Assembly (NCBI GenBank): GCA_004764695.1
Contig: SMSO01000034.1
Coordinates: 2,914,001-2,978,000, forward strand
Reading direction: 5' to 3'
From: Schizochytrium sp. TIO01
Lineage: Eukaryota; Protista; Bigyra: Labyrinthulomycetes
Length of the DNA: 64,000 nt
Shown: in pieces, positions 1-10,423 of the stretch
Position numbering within the stretch: the stretch's first letter is position 1
How the letters are laid out: the number at the start of each line of letters is the position of its first letter
Made by a program: the position numbers and the translations under genes
Notes under the pieces: model-generated
What the model saw: only the letters and a program-made list of their open reading frames with translations
Told to the model about the DNA's origin: nothing
Databases searched by the model: none

Positions 1-497
1 TGGATGAGAGACGAGGAGAGTAAAGGTCGGCGCCGATTGAGTCTTTCCGGAATTCCGAAAGCGAGGCTCTCGGAGCGGAGGGTTCCTGAAGTGGAGATCG
101 TAGCTGATGAAGGACTTCTCGCTCGAAGCGGGCTCTTTTGGCCTCCTCGGATCTCGTTTGCGACCTTGAAGAACGTCGAAGAAGGAGAATTTGTCCACGG
201 GTTCTCTGCCCTTCTTTGATGATGATGATGTAGTGCACTGCGTTTACATGGGCGAATGAATGAAGAAATGTGCTATAGGATGAATATGTGGAATGTAATA
301 TACATACATGCATACATACATACATACATACATACATACATACATACATACATACATACATACATACATACATACATACATACATACATACATCCAAAGT
401 CCAGAACAGCGGCCAACTTCGACGAGCAAATCCGAAACTGGTCTGTGCGTGCGCGAGGAGAACTTTCCTTTCCAATAAGTTCCACGAAGCTAGGCAT
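1..497 (-). CDS. Possible 5' end of a spliced minus-strand gene running off the left edge (exon 1 about 497-392, intron containing the microsatellite, exon 2 from 237)
   Basis: ATG at 497 opens MPSFVELIG...AAVLDFG, followed by GTATGT donor-like sites. AAACGCAG acceptor ends at 238. 237-1 has no stop on the minus strand. Frame and product unresolved; weak resemblance to a metallo-beta-lactamase/IntS9-like N-terminus (VLDFG ... LLVSHP). Confidence 0.3.
301..393. repeat. (TACA)n tetranucleotide microsatellite, about 23 units with one interruption
   Basis: Directly visible; explains the spurious YIHT/MYVC ORFs. Confidence 0.98.
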
Positions 498-540
498 AGA
501 AAGCGGAGTCTAGTTTGAAGTCTCTTATTGTTCAGACAGC

Positions 541-1110
541 ATGTTGGCAGCAGCTCGGCGATTGGCAACACAAGGCCGCATGGGTGGCGCCATCTTGGCA
601 GTGTCTGGCCTCGGTCTCGCAACTGTCGCAGTCTCTGGACCCAACACCGCAAGCAGTGCAGCTGCCCCTGGCCCGGACTGCGCAGAGCCCGTGTGCGACG
701 ATAAGAAGGACATGTTCAACGCCATGATGGGCGGCAAGAACCAGAACGCGCACAAGAACCGTGAGTGCCCCTTGACGCGGAGTCAACTTGGACGCTCTAC
801 ATGGGAATTCTTGCATACAACTGCCGCCTACTATCCTGAAAAGCCTACTGAGGAGCAGCAGAAGGCAGCTCGTGACCTGGTAGACTCTATGAGTGTGTTG
901 TATGCTTGCTCGCACTGTCGTGAGCACTTTCGCAACCATGTGGAGGAGCACCCCGTGGATGTCTCCAGCCGGAAAGCATTTGCCACATGGCTCTGTGAGA
1001 CACACAATGTCGTCAATGAGGTCCTTGGCAAACCGCAATTTGATTGTGCTAAGCTTGAAGAGAGATGGCGCACTGGATGTCGCGAGACTGCAAAGGCCAA
1101 GGCCAAGTGA
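541..1110 (+). CDS. ERV1: FAD-linked sulfhydryl oxidase, Erv1/ALR family (mitochondrial intermembrane space)
   Basis: LGRSTWEFLHTTAAYYP, active-site CSHC (CxxC), WLCETHNVVNEVLGKPQFDC (CX16C) and ERWR all match the Erv1/ALR core. The N-terminus is Arg/Ala-rich followed by a hydrophobic stretch. Confidence 0.95.
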   Translation: MLAAARRLATQGRMGGAILAVSGLGLATVAVSGPNTASSAAAPGPDCAEPVCDDKKDMFNAMMGGKNQNAHKNRECPLTRSQLGRSTWEFLHTTAAYYPEKPTEEQQKAARDLVDSMSVLYACSHCREHFRNHVEEHPVDVSSRKAFATWLCETHNVVNEVLGKPQFDCAKLEERWRTGCRETAKAKAK

Positions 1111-1480
1111 AAACCTTGAGTCCGAATGAGGGAGCGCAAACATATTGATTTGACATTACGGGGAAAAGAAAATAGCATTATTATGGTGTCACTACCGAGG
1201 CTTTTTCTTTCATGTGTGCGAGAGCATCGCCTCTGTGGCTTGGAACTTGTCACCGATCGTGAGCCAATCTCATTTTGTGGGCATTGTCTGCCAGGTCGTG
1301 GATCATATTATGAATTATGAAATTTCCTGCTGCAATATAACTCAGATCTCAGTCGAATGATGAGAACCAAAGATAAGTCCTCACCTAATAGTCTCGTCAA
1401 TTTAAAACGCTGCTCTCCCGATAGCAAACAAACTATATCTAGTCTCAGTTAGCCGCCAACAATCTTCACGGTTCTCTAAA

Positions 1481-1716
1481 TGAATTTTGAAGATTAATCA
1501 CCTTGCTTCTGGTGAGCCCTTCATTTTCGAACAATGAATTAATTAACTTTATGTAACCATCAGTTTAGTCACTTTAGTTTGGCAATCCTTGTTTTGTTGT
1601 AGTGAATTTAGAAGATCGATCACCTTCCTTTCGGTGAGCTCTTCTTTTTTAAACAATGAATTGATTAACTTTATGTAACCATCAGTTTTGTCACTTTAGC
1701 TTGGCAATCCTTGTTT
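1481..1716. repeat. Imperfect tandem duplication, about 122-bp period, two copies
   Basis: TGAATTT.GAAGAT..ATCACCTT...AACAATGAATT.ATTAACTTTATGTAACCATCAGTTT.GTCACTTTAG.TTGGCAATCCTTGTTT occurs at about 1481 and about 1603. Confidence 0.92.
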
Positions 1717-2586
1717 CGATTCTTGAAGTGGGCCAAACTCCACGATAGAGCTTGCAAAGTTTTATAACTTCCATTCTCTAAATCATGCTACAACTAATTA
1801 ACGTAAGAGAATAGTAAATGAAATCATACTTACATTGCTATTATTTAAAGGAGTTCGTATTCCACGCGAACATCCAATAAAGCCGAAGCCGCAACAATGT
1901 GAACTTCCCCACCACACAATAATTCTCTTGCAAAACTCGTTTTCTATGCCCAATATCGGCCCGGGTCCAGACGGTCCGCAAAGCTTTCACTTTCCATCCA
2001 GTTTAACGTGATCTCCCACCTTTTCAAGAGTATCATGTCCAGTATCTAGCTAGTAACAGTTCTACCTGAAGGAGGTCGCGCACCCCACTAAATTTGAATG
2101 TAATCAGTCGCTCCTGCAAACTTTCAAGTTAGTCACTGATGTCAACGATGTCGAACTCATCAAACAAAATGCGTTTGGTCTGCTAAACAATGGCAATCAC
2201 TTCTGGTAATGAATGAGAGCTTTACGTCCGGGGGTGGGTGGATGCACACGCAGTACCTACCAGGTAGTATCTGTTGCTTGCACCATCGCCAATGTTCTCC
2301 CATAGTATCCCTTTGATAGAGGTAATTAGTCAGAAAAGAAAAGAAACAAAAATTCTCAATTCTTTGCTGATTCCCTCTTCTTAACTACGCCTAGTTAGCA
2401 ATAGGTATTATTGCAGATTGGTTTATCGTCGTCATCATTATCAGCAGTTCATTACATTTTATCAAAGCTACGACGAAAAACCAAGTCGCTCGCTCGTGGA
2501 GAGATCTTGCAAACCTGATCTGATCGGTCGGTGTAGAAGGTCGTCTCAGCTGCTTCGTGGAGGGAACTTCGGATCGAGAGTTCGCT

Positions 2587-5301
2587 ATGGTGGCTGCAAG
2601 CAAGCTGACCCGCCGCCGTGGGCTTGCGCTTGTGCTGCTTGCTATTGTGGCGGTGCTTGTGCGCAAGGTCCGCAAGAATGCTTTTTTGAGCCGCGCTGCG
2701 GTGGCTTTCATGCAGGTCCTATGGGAAAAGCTCACCCTCGGATACTTTGCTAGATCAGACGGATTCGTACTCTCTGGCAAAGATGTTACTCGTGAATGGC
2801 TTGAGACCGAGCTGCAGAGACGCTATGGCATTACACGCGTGGCTGTGACCAGCCTTGAAGCCACGCCCATGGGTGCTGAAACTGGCAATGTAAGCACAAT
2901 GTTTAGGCTCAAGGTGAAGTACTCCACCAATACACCCGGTCTTCCCGAGACTATGGTGCTTAAATCCCCTCGTAATGAATTTGCACATCGCATTCCGTTC
3001 ATGGTGACATACATGAACGAAATGGAGCCCCGTTTTTACCAAATCCTCGAGCCTGAGCTTACAAGGCTCAACGAGGTCAACCCAGAGGGTTTGGGCGTTC
3101 ATTTCCCTGAAACCATTGCTGTGCGCCACAACAAGGCGGGGAACTTTTATGTGCTCATGGAGGATGTCACACTCAAGGGTGCTCGCATGCTTACTGAGGA
3201 TGATGAAATCACTTCAGTGGAGGAAGCAAGTTATGCCATGCGCAGTATTGCTTCCTTTCATGGCCCGTTTTGGGACCTCCCGCCAAACAAGTGTACGCTC
3301 ATTGTCAATCAAAATGATCCAGTTCTTGGCCTTACGAGCGAATTTATGAAGGCTGGTTGGGATCAAGCCGTTGCCAAAATGGGTTCGCGCATGCCTAAAG
3401 ATCTCTCTCAACGCGGCAAACTGCTTATTCAAATCTCCCAACGCCTTCACGACTATATGTCTGGAGGCTTTGGCGGGGCGCCGTGCACCATCGTGCACGG
3501 TGATTGCCATCTCAGCAATTCCTTCAAGATCCCTGTGGATCCTAACGACGAATCCAAGTATGAGCTTGGTCTTTACGATTTCCAGATGCTGCGCCGCGGC
3601 AATCCAATGCTTGACCTCGCATCGTTCTTAGCAGGCTCTACAGATGCCAATTTCTTGGCAAACCACCTTGATGAACTCCTTCAAGTTTATCTTGACCGTG
3701 TTGCTGAATTTGATGACAGTGCCCGGACTCAGTTGACTGTAGAGGACCTCGGACGTGATTTTCGCTTGGCACTGGCTGTCCATTTCAGCTGGAACATTGC
3801 TGCGTCGCTTGCCATTCCTTTCGACACCCCGGCTGCTGAGCAATATAAGGTCTACTTCACGCGCATGTGTGCCGCTGTCGATCGTTTGGAAGTGATTGAC
3901 ACAGCTCTCAGCTACTTTGGTGGCCGGACCCTTGGGTGCGACTTGTATCGTGGCAAAGCCCCGAACTGGGAGATCCCGCCTGTGCAAAGATTCGTACCTA
4001 ATTCGGACGACCTTTTGCACAAAGATGAAGGTATCGTTACCTACCGTGCCAAGCTTGCTGAGCTTCAACCTGGTCTTTGGAATCGAATCAAATATGAGCT
4101 CAAGTACCGCTTGATGGAACGTGCGACACGCTCACGCAAGGGTTATCATGGTCAAAAGACCACTGACCTGAAGGGCTCCTACCTTGAGGGTGCCCACCCT
4201 GTAGAATGGGCACAAGGTACCCCTGTGGAGACATCTGCTTTTGATTCATACTATCTCTCCACCTTCGCACCCTTCGAGGAGGGTAAGCCTTCTTTGGCGC
4301 TGCGAATCTGCAAGCGCCCACAAGACGATGAGGGTGAAGTATGGCTGGTAATCAAGAATCCAGGTGATGCAATCTACACGTGGGTTCAGCATCGCGCAAC
4401 AACTGCACGCGTGGTTTATGAAAACTCGAGCACCGTCATGGCGACTTCTGAAGATAAGCAATCTGTGATGCGCTTCATTTGTGACGAACCCATGGAGCGC
4501 TGGCGTGCGACTTTCTCGGGCAAGATTAAAAACAACACTACTGGTGAAATTGTCGATGCCTCATTTGACCTCTCCTGGACAAAGAACATGGACATGTTTT
4601 CCTTTGGTACTAACGTCTCCCCTTCCCTTACGGCACGTGCATTGGCCCTTGAGACCTTTTCCAAGGAATGGGGTGAAGAACTTAAGGCGGCGCATCAGGA
4701 GCACTACGAACTATTTGGCACCACAAAGGGCAACCTGATGCTTGATGGCAAGAAACTTAAGGTACATGGACGTGGAATGCGTGACCGCGCTTTTGGTATT
4801 CGTGACTGGGGCTACATGCAGCGTTACGTAGCGCACTATTTTTGGACAGGAAGCCTCGAAAAGAGCTCATTCTTTAACCTTACAATGCCAAGCCTTCCGG
4901 TTCTCTCAAACGCCAAATTTGGTTTTGTGTGCCCCTCTGGCGGCTCTAAGGCTTCCACTGTAAATGCAATGAGCGGTAACCTTGGAGAAATTGGCGCGGA
5001 CGGCACTCCTGCCAAAGAGTTCTGGCAATCTGTAGAGTGCAACAACATCACTTATACTATGAAGGCATTTGTTGAAAAGGGCGACACAGCTCTGCTTGAC
5101 ATGGGACCAGGCCGCATGCTTGTTAATATCCGCTTCACCAAGTTTGAGGTGACTTGGGTCAATCCTGAAAATGGCCATCTCGAGCGTGAAATCGGCTATG
5201 GTGGCTCGGAATATGCTTACCGCTTCAATGACTATATTCCTCCCAAGCCATGTCTTGCAGACTTGAAACACCTCCCTGTTACCGGCGAAAATCAACACTG
5301 A
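2587..5301 (+). CDS. N-terminally anchored EcKL/choline-kinase/APH-like phosphotransferase fused to a C-terminal HYE...RDxxxGxRDW beta-barrel domain (DUF7064/tocopherol-cyclase-like)
   Basis: First ATG at 2587. TM segment GLALVLLAIVAVLV. Kinase motifs MVLK, EPRFY, VLMED, HGDCHLSN (Brenner motif) and YDFQ. C-terminal AHQEHYELFG...GMRDRAFGIRDWGYMQRY. Confidence 0.85.
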   Translation: MVAASKLTRRRGLALVLLAIVAVLVRKVRKNAFLSRAAVAFMQVLWEKLTLGYFARSDGFVLSGKDVTREWLETELQRRYGITRVAVTSLEATPMGAETGNVSTMFRLKVKYSTNTPGLPETMVLKSPRNEFAHRIPFMVTYMNEMEPRFYQILEPELTRLNEVNPEGLGVHFPETIAVRHNKAGNFYVLMEDVTLKGARMLTEDDEITSVEEASYAMRSIASFHGPFWDLPPNKCTLIVNQNDPVLGLTSEFMKAGWDQAVAKMGSRMPKDLSQRGKLLIQISQRLHDYMSGGFGGAPCTIVHGDCHLSNSFKIPVDPNDESKYELGLYDFQMLRRGNPMLDLASFLAGSTDANFLANHLDELLQVYLDRVAEFDDSARTQLTVEDLGRDFRLALAVHFSWNIAASLAIPFDTPAAEQYKVYFTRMCAAVDRLEVIDTALSYFGGRTLGCDLYRGKAPNWEIPPVQRFVPNSDDLLHKDEGIVTYRAKLAELQPGLWNRIKYELKYRLMERATRSRKGYHGQKTTDLKGSYLEGAHPVEWAQGTPVETSAFDSYYLSTFAPFEEGKPSLALRICKRPQDDEGEVWLVIKNPGDAIYTWVQHRATTARVVYENSSTVMATSEDKQSVMRFICDEPMERWRATFSGKIKNNTTGEIVDASFDLSWTKNMDMFSFGTNVSPSLTARALALETFSKEWGEELKAAHQEHYELFGTTKGNLMLDGKKLKVHGRGMRDRAFGIRDWGYMQRYVAHYFWTGSLEKSSFFNLTMPSLPVLSNAKFGFVCPSGGSKASTVNAMSGNLGEIGADGTPAKEFWQSVECNNITYTMKAFVEKGDTALLDMGPGRMLVNIRFTKFEVTWVNPENGHLEREIGYGGSEYAYRFNDYIPPKPCLADLKHLPVTGENQH

Positions 5302-7329
5302 TTTGGTTTCTGTTTAGCAATAATTTTTTAATAAGGATTCTATTTGATCATTTGGAGTGTCGTTCCCTTGCCTTGCATACTGAAAGTTGATATTTATCAA
5401 CTGGAGTTGACTATGATAATATACTTAATAGGTACTGAATAAAGTGATAGATGAAGCTAAGGAGTTTTGACTTATGAGTTTGACCTTGGTAAGCATTAAA
5501 CTACTCCAGGTCATCTGATCAATGCAGATTGAGAATACAATCATATGTACAAAGCATCACGGTGTTTACTCATGTCTCATGGACATCATTTGAGGATAGT
5601 TTTTCAACAGATTTTCAATTGTCGGTTTTGGTGTCGCTTATCTGCAATCGAGAGAATCCTTGATCTTGAGGAGGATTCATAGTTTTGATTTGTTGGTTTA
5701 GGAACAATCGAGCCCAATATCAGCTAAGAGTGCTATAGCCAGCCCGCTAGAACTCTGGCAGTGTCAGATGTACTTGCCCTCCCCATTGTGGCTCTCAGTA
5801 TTGCATATAAATTTACCTTTTTTGGAGGGATTGAAAGGTGTATAATCAGAACATGTCGAGATACTTTGTATGCTGTATCAGTAATAGGAACCAAGCTTGA
5901 TGTTTGTCTATTGCACTTTTTGTATTTGGACTGGTTTGAGTCTTCATGAGGATATGAAAACCTATAATCATAGCATTGGGGTAGACACTGTTCCTATTCC
6001 GGTTGAGATAATGTTGAGAATCCTAAAGCTCTCGATTAGCCTTCAAATAATCATTTCATATGTGCTCTCAATCGTAAAGAATATAAGAATTTAAGCTTTC
6101 TGTCATCTGCAAATGTTCTTTACTACTGACATATTCGCATCGAAGAAAAGCTGAGATATTTTGGCAAGGAGTTGTCCGTGGGCCACGAAAATGCAGAATT
6201 TAAGTTCAAAAAATTTAAATAGAAAGTAGAGTATCAAAAACTCATTTGGCATATTAAAGATACAGTTTCAACCTGTGCATAAACAAGTATATACCAAATA
6301 AATCACATACCAAATAAACCAATCCTCTGCGTCATCGATAAGAATAATACTATTTCAGGCTTGATCTAGAACTAGATTTGATAGTATGGCGCATGCACAT
6401 GGGGAATAGCTTGTGCGCCCCTAGCATAACTAGTGAAACAAGAGAATAAATAATACTGGTGATTGTATCAAGGTTCTCTTCTGCCTGAACAGGTCTCTGT
6501 AAAGCCGATGGACAGAAACTCTTCCTCTCGGTGTCGTAAGAGATATATGCATCGCGCCACTTTGCACGTGTCTTACTCTGAAAATCACGCAAACCTCCAT
6601 CTGTATGTATGAAATGTATGAGACGGAGGTCTATATAGTGCTTTAGCCTTCCACATTTCACGTGCATCTTTCTACAGCATCCAGCAGTTATATATTCTCT
6701 GCCATTTTCAAGTATTTAGCCGTCCTGTTCTAATCTCAAGTCATTCTTGCATGGGAAACTCCATCCGGTTTCAACAACGATGATCAACAGTCCCCTGACA
6801 ATACTAGGTGCGCCTTTTGGCATACACTGTCTCGCTCCTCTCTGACGACCGGTTTTATTGATTAATTGATTGAATGGTCAATTCACTCTCGCTTTCTTAA
6901 TTTGAGCTATTACCGTGTAGGCTGACTGAACATCATAGCACATTTCCCCACGATCCTTCCTCGCAACTTCTTCTTTCATGGAGTGCCTTATTTACTGCGA
7001 GCGAGTATGATGTCCTTTGACTCCTATGCGTCGGACCATATTAAATCTCCTGGGACTTGGGCGGGTCTTTAGGGACCACCATTTTGTCCCACCTACTTAG
7101 TCTAGGACCACCTTGCCGCTCTGCTCGAGATAAAAGCAGCTCGCAGTCCATCAGTGACCTAATTGCTCAAGGTCGAGCAGCCAAGTACATTGCGCTCGCG
7201 TGTGGCGCCTTGCGCTACCGATCGCTGCTGCCTTTGTGGACGGCTTCAGCGGAGGAGAACATAGTTTGGTCCTTACTTTATTTTATTTTTTGCGATCGTG
7301 GTTCTCAAGTTTTTCGTTGAAGTGAAACG

Positions 7330-9836
7330 ATGACTTGCGAAGTAGCTTTGCCGGAGGAAGCAAAACATGAAGATAAAAGCTCGTGCGAGCGCGAGAACAT
7401 AGCTGCTACTGGAGAAGACCCAGCGCAGAGTGGAGGTGAGGATTCAGAGGTAGTTCGTACACAAACATTTCAGAATGGCACCGTAGTCTCGATGTTGCGA
7501 GATGGCACTCGCATCCAGACGACAAAGGAAGGAGTTAAACTGGTGCAGTACCCTACGGGTCGAATGTCGCAGACTAATGTAGACGGTACGTCAATTAAAA
7601 AATGCGATAGTAACGCTATGATTATGCGGATCATGATGCTGATCATGATGCTGGTGATTTTGAGGAGGAGGAGATTGAGGCATACTAATACAATTTTATT
7701 ACTGGCTTCTTGCTTTCTTCATGAGGTTTGAACAGGTACGCGCATTGAGCGACTTGAGGATGGAACAAAACTTCAAGTTAACCAAGACGGCTCCACAATC
7801 AGCTTGGCCCCAGATGTAAGTCAATGAATTGTTCTTTGTATAACTCTTATCTATATCAAGGTTGTAGCTCTTCACAGAAGCTAGAAGAAATACGGAATAC
7901 CTCCTTCTGCCATAATTTGATACTCTCACGAAAGGAGCGTTAGACTATCGTTGTTTTTTAGAGTTAGCATCTTCTATTACTGCATTCAAGCAATGAATAC
8001 TAACCGTGTATTAACCGCACATTGTACCCTTAGGGAAAACGGACGCAAATCAGCAAATCGGGTATCCGTATAGTTATGCATACTGATGGCAGCGTAGTTC
8101 AAACAAATCTAGACGGTACAGAAATCCGCTTGAATCCCGATGTAAGTTGTATAAACCTTCCTTGCGATCAAAACACCAGTGTAAAACGTCGTTTGTTTCC
8201 GCAAATGTTGACCGTACGGCACGAAACTAACTGTCGATTAGTTTCATGGGAACATTGTTTTGTTCGGTTACAATCAACCTTTCTTACATATACTATGTGA
8301 TTGAATGGACTTTCAAATCCGATCCCATACTAAAATTCACAAATCTCCACTGATAAATCTTGTACTCAATTGATTCCAAAATCACGTTTCTTTTTATAAC
8401 TATCTTAGGGAACTAAGGTTCAATCAAACCCCGACAAATCGATGGTTCGATATATGCAGAGTCAGCGAGGTAGTGTCCGGGTCTCAGACCCAAGCGACTC
8501 AAGCGAAGACGCTCAAGATCCAACTAATGCATCAACTATGCCTGGAGATCTCATTCAAAATCTCCGCATATTCAAAACAGGCGCGAAAGTGCAGGTCAAT
8601 GAATTGGGTGCTTGGAATATTCAAGTCGAAGAGCCCGATGGAACAATACTGCAAAAGGGTCGTGACGGGACCATGCTTATAAATTGCGATGGCCAATGTA
8701 CCTTGTATAGGAATGGTCGACGATTTACCCGCTGCCTAGAAGATGGCAGCGAGACTATTGGTATTGCAGATCCCGAAGGTGAAGCTTCACTACGTAAACG
8801 CTTCCGTCGCTATGAAGCTCTTGTTCAAGATAAGTCTCAGGATTATCAACAAAAGTTATTAAATGCTGAACGTGCACTTGTGAGTTCAACTCAAGAATAC
8901 GAGCGTCAATGTCATTCGTTGAAGGAGCGCTTGAATTCTGAAATGCGCAGAGCAGACCGCATGGCACTTAAGCTTGAGCAATGGAGAGAGAAGAAACAGT
9001 CTCTTGTAACAAGCAAATCTTCCTCTTTTTCAAATGTAAATCAAGGGCAGGACGCTGACCAAGGCACTTCAGCCCCGGCATTGCCTCCATTACCACATAT
9101 GTCCTCAGGTAAATCAAATTTAGTGACAACATCCTCCAGCACGTCTTCAACAGCTGTTGGGGACGCCAACACAGCCAACAATGCACAAGAAAGTAAACCA
9201 GTCATGGTTGATGAGGGAACGCAATGGAAACTTATGGACGCCCAAAGTCAATTTTTTGGAACGACTGGGTTTATCGAAGAATCTGAAAGTGTTTATAAAG
9301 ACCCTATGCTTGCACGCACTTTGGTTGAGGAGTTACAGCAACGAATTTCTATTCTTGAAATTGAGAAGCAAGAAGTTGAAGATCGTTTGATTGATCTTCG
9401 TTTCTCACTTAATGAAACCAAAGAGAAGAAGCGACCAGGGTGGGCACGCGTCTTCCCATTTCTCTTTGCAAGAAAGGCCGCAAAGGAGAACAAGCGGAAC
9501 AAGGAAAAGGGTGCATTCTCACGGCATGAAAGCCTTCTTGCGGCCGTAGAAAATCTCAAGCAAAGAGAAGAACGTGCTTCTCATGAGCTCACAGCTTTGA
9601 AACGCGAGTCTCAAGGACATATTGATGAAAAATCGAACCTCCGTCGACAAATCGAGACTCTCATTCGCGAGCGAGATGAAGTCCGTGATCGTTGCAACGA
9701 CTTACAGGCACATATCGATGAATATCTTCTTACGGAGGAGGATTTGAGTGCTAGACGGAGTATGGAGATCATGCCTTGCATTGATGAGGAGCTGCATATG
9801 CCAATCAGTTTAACAGAAGTCAGTCCAATGATTTGA
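7330..9836 (+). CDS. Four-exon protein with N-terminal beta-hairpin (xxPDGT, TCP10/CPAP G-box-like) repeats and C-terminal coiled coils; join(7330..7585,7736..7815,8034..8141,8409..9836)
   Basis: Donors GTACGT (7586) and GTAAGT (7816, 8142). Acceptors AACAG (7735) and CTTAG (8033, 8408). TACTAAC branch point near 7998. Splicing gives an uninterrupted frame with repeats QNGT, RDGT, VDGT, EDGT, QDGS, PDGK, TDGS, LDGT, PDGT that joins the 8442 ORF. Confidence 0.85.
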
Positions 9837-10423
9837 TGTTGTAGTGTAATTCATAAAGGTTTGTTCAGTTTTCGTTTTAAAATATTTTTTTATTCTTTTT
9901 TAGATCCTTCGCAGCTTATCTGAATTCCAAAATATTCAAGTACAACATTTAACATCACTATTGGTTTCAATTAAATAACAATCAAGCTCTTTATAAATTG
10001 CATCAATCCATACTATAGTTACAAGGTCAAATGAGGACACGCGAAAACCACCAAGAGTATCTCTTTACAAATTGACAGAAGAAACCAACTAGTTTTGATT
10101 GAAATTTAGTGAGTAACAATTAATTTTTCGAAGCTTAGAATAGAATCGTTCATGCATTCCAACTATATATAGGATGCAGCTAAGGACTCAGTATTATAAA
10201 CAGGAATCAACAAAGTACTTGTCTTATTAATACCTACAGAGGTAACTAGCTGCAGGAGTCAAGTGCTGTTCATATACCAAGAGTAGTCATGTGCTTGATA
10301 AGCCCATAATCGCTTGCAAAACTTGAAAAGAAAAAACAACAACAATAGCAGCAGGCAACAATACTGGCCGTGTTATACACAAATGACCTTTTCATTATTA
10401 CTGATCACGTTCTATATGTTTCT

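Noticed and set aside
244-518. Plus-strand YIHT-repeat ORFs and read-through MYVC ORFs
   Set aside because: Products of the stop-free (TACA)n microsatellite.
5500-6800. Coding-like minus-strand fragments including ORF 6350..6667 (similar fragments at 41500-42350 and 51745-52900)
   Set aside because: Multiple stops and no identifiable family; insufficient support for a gene or TE call.
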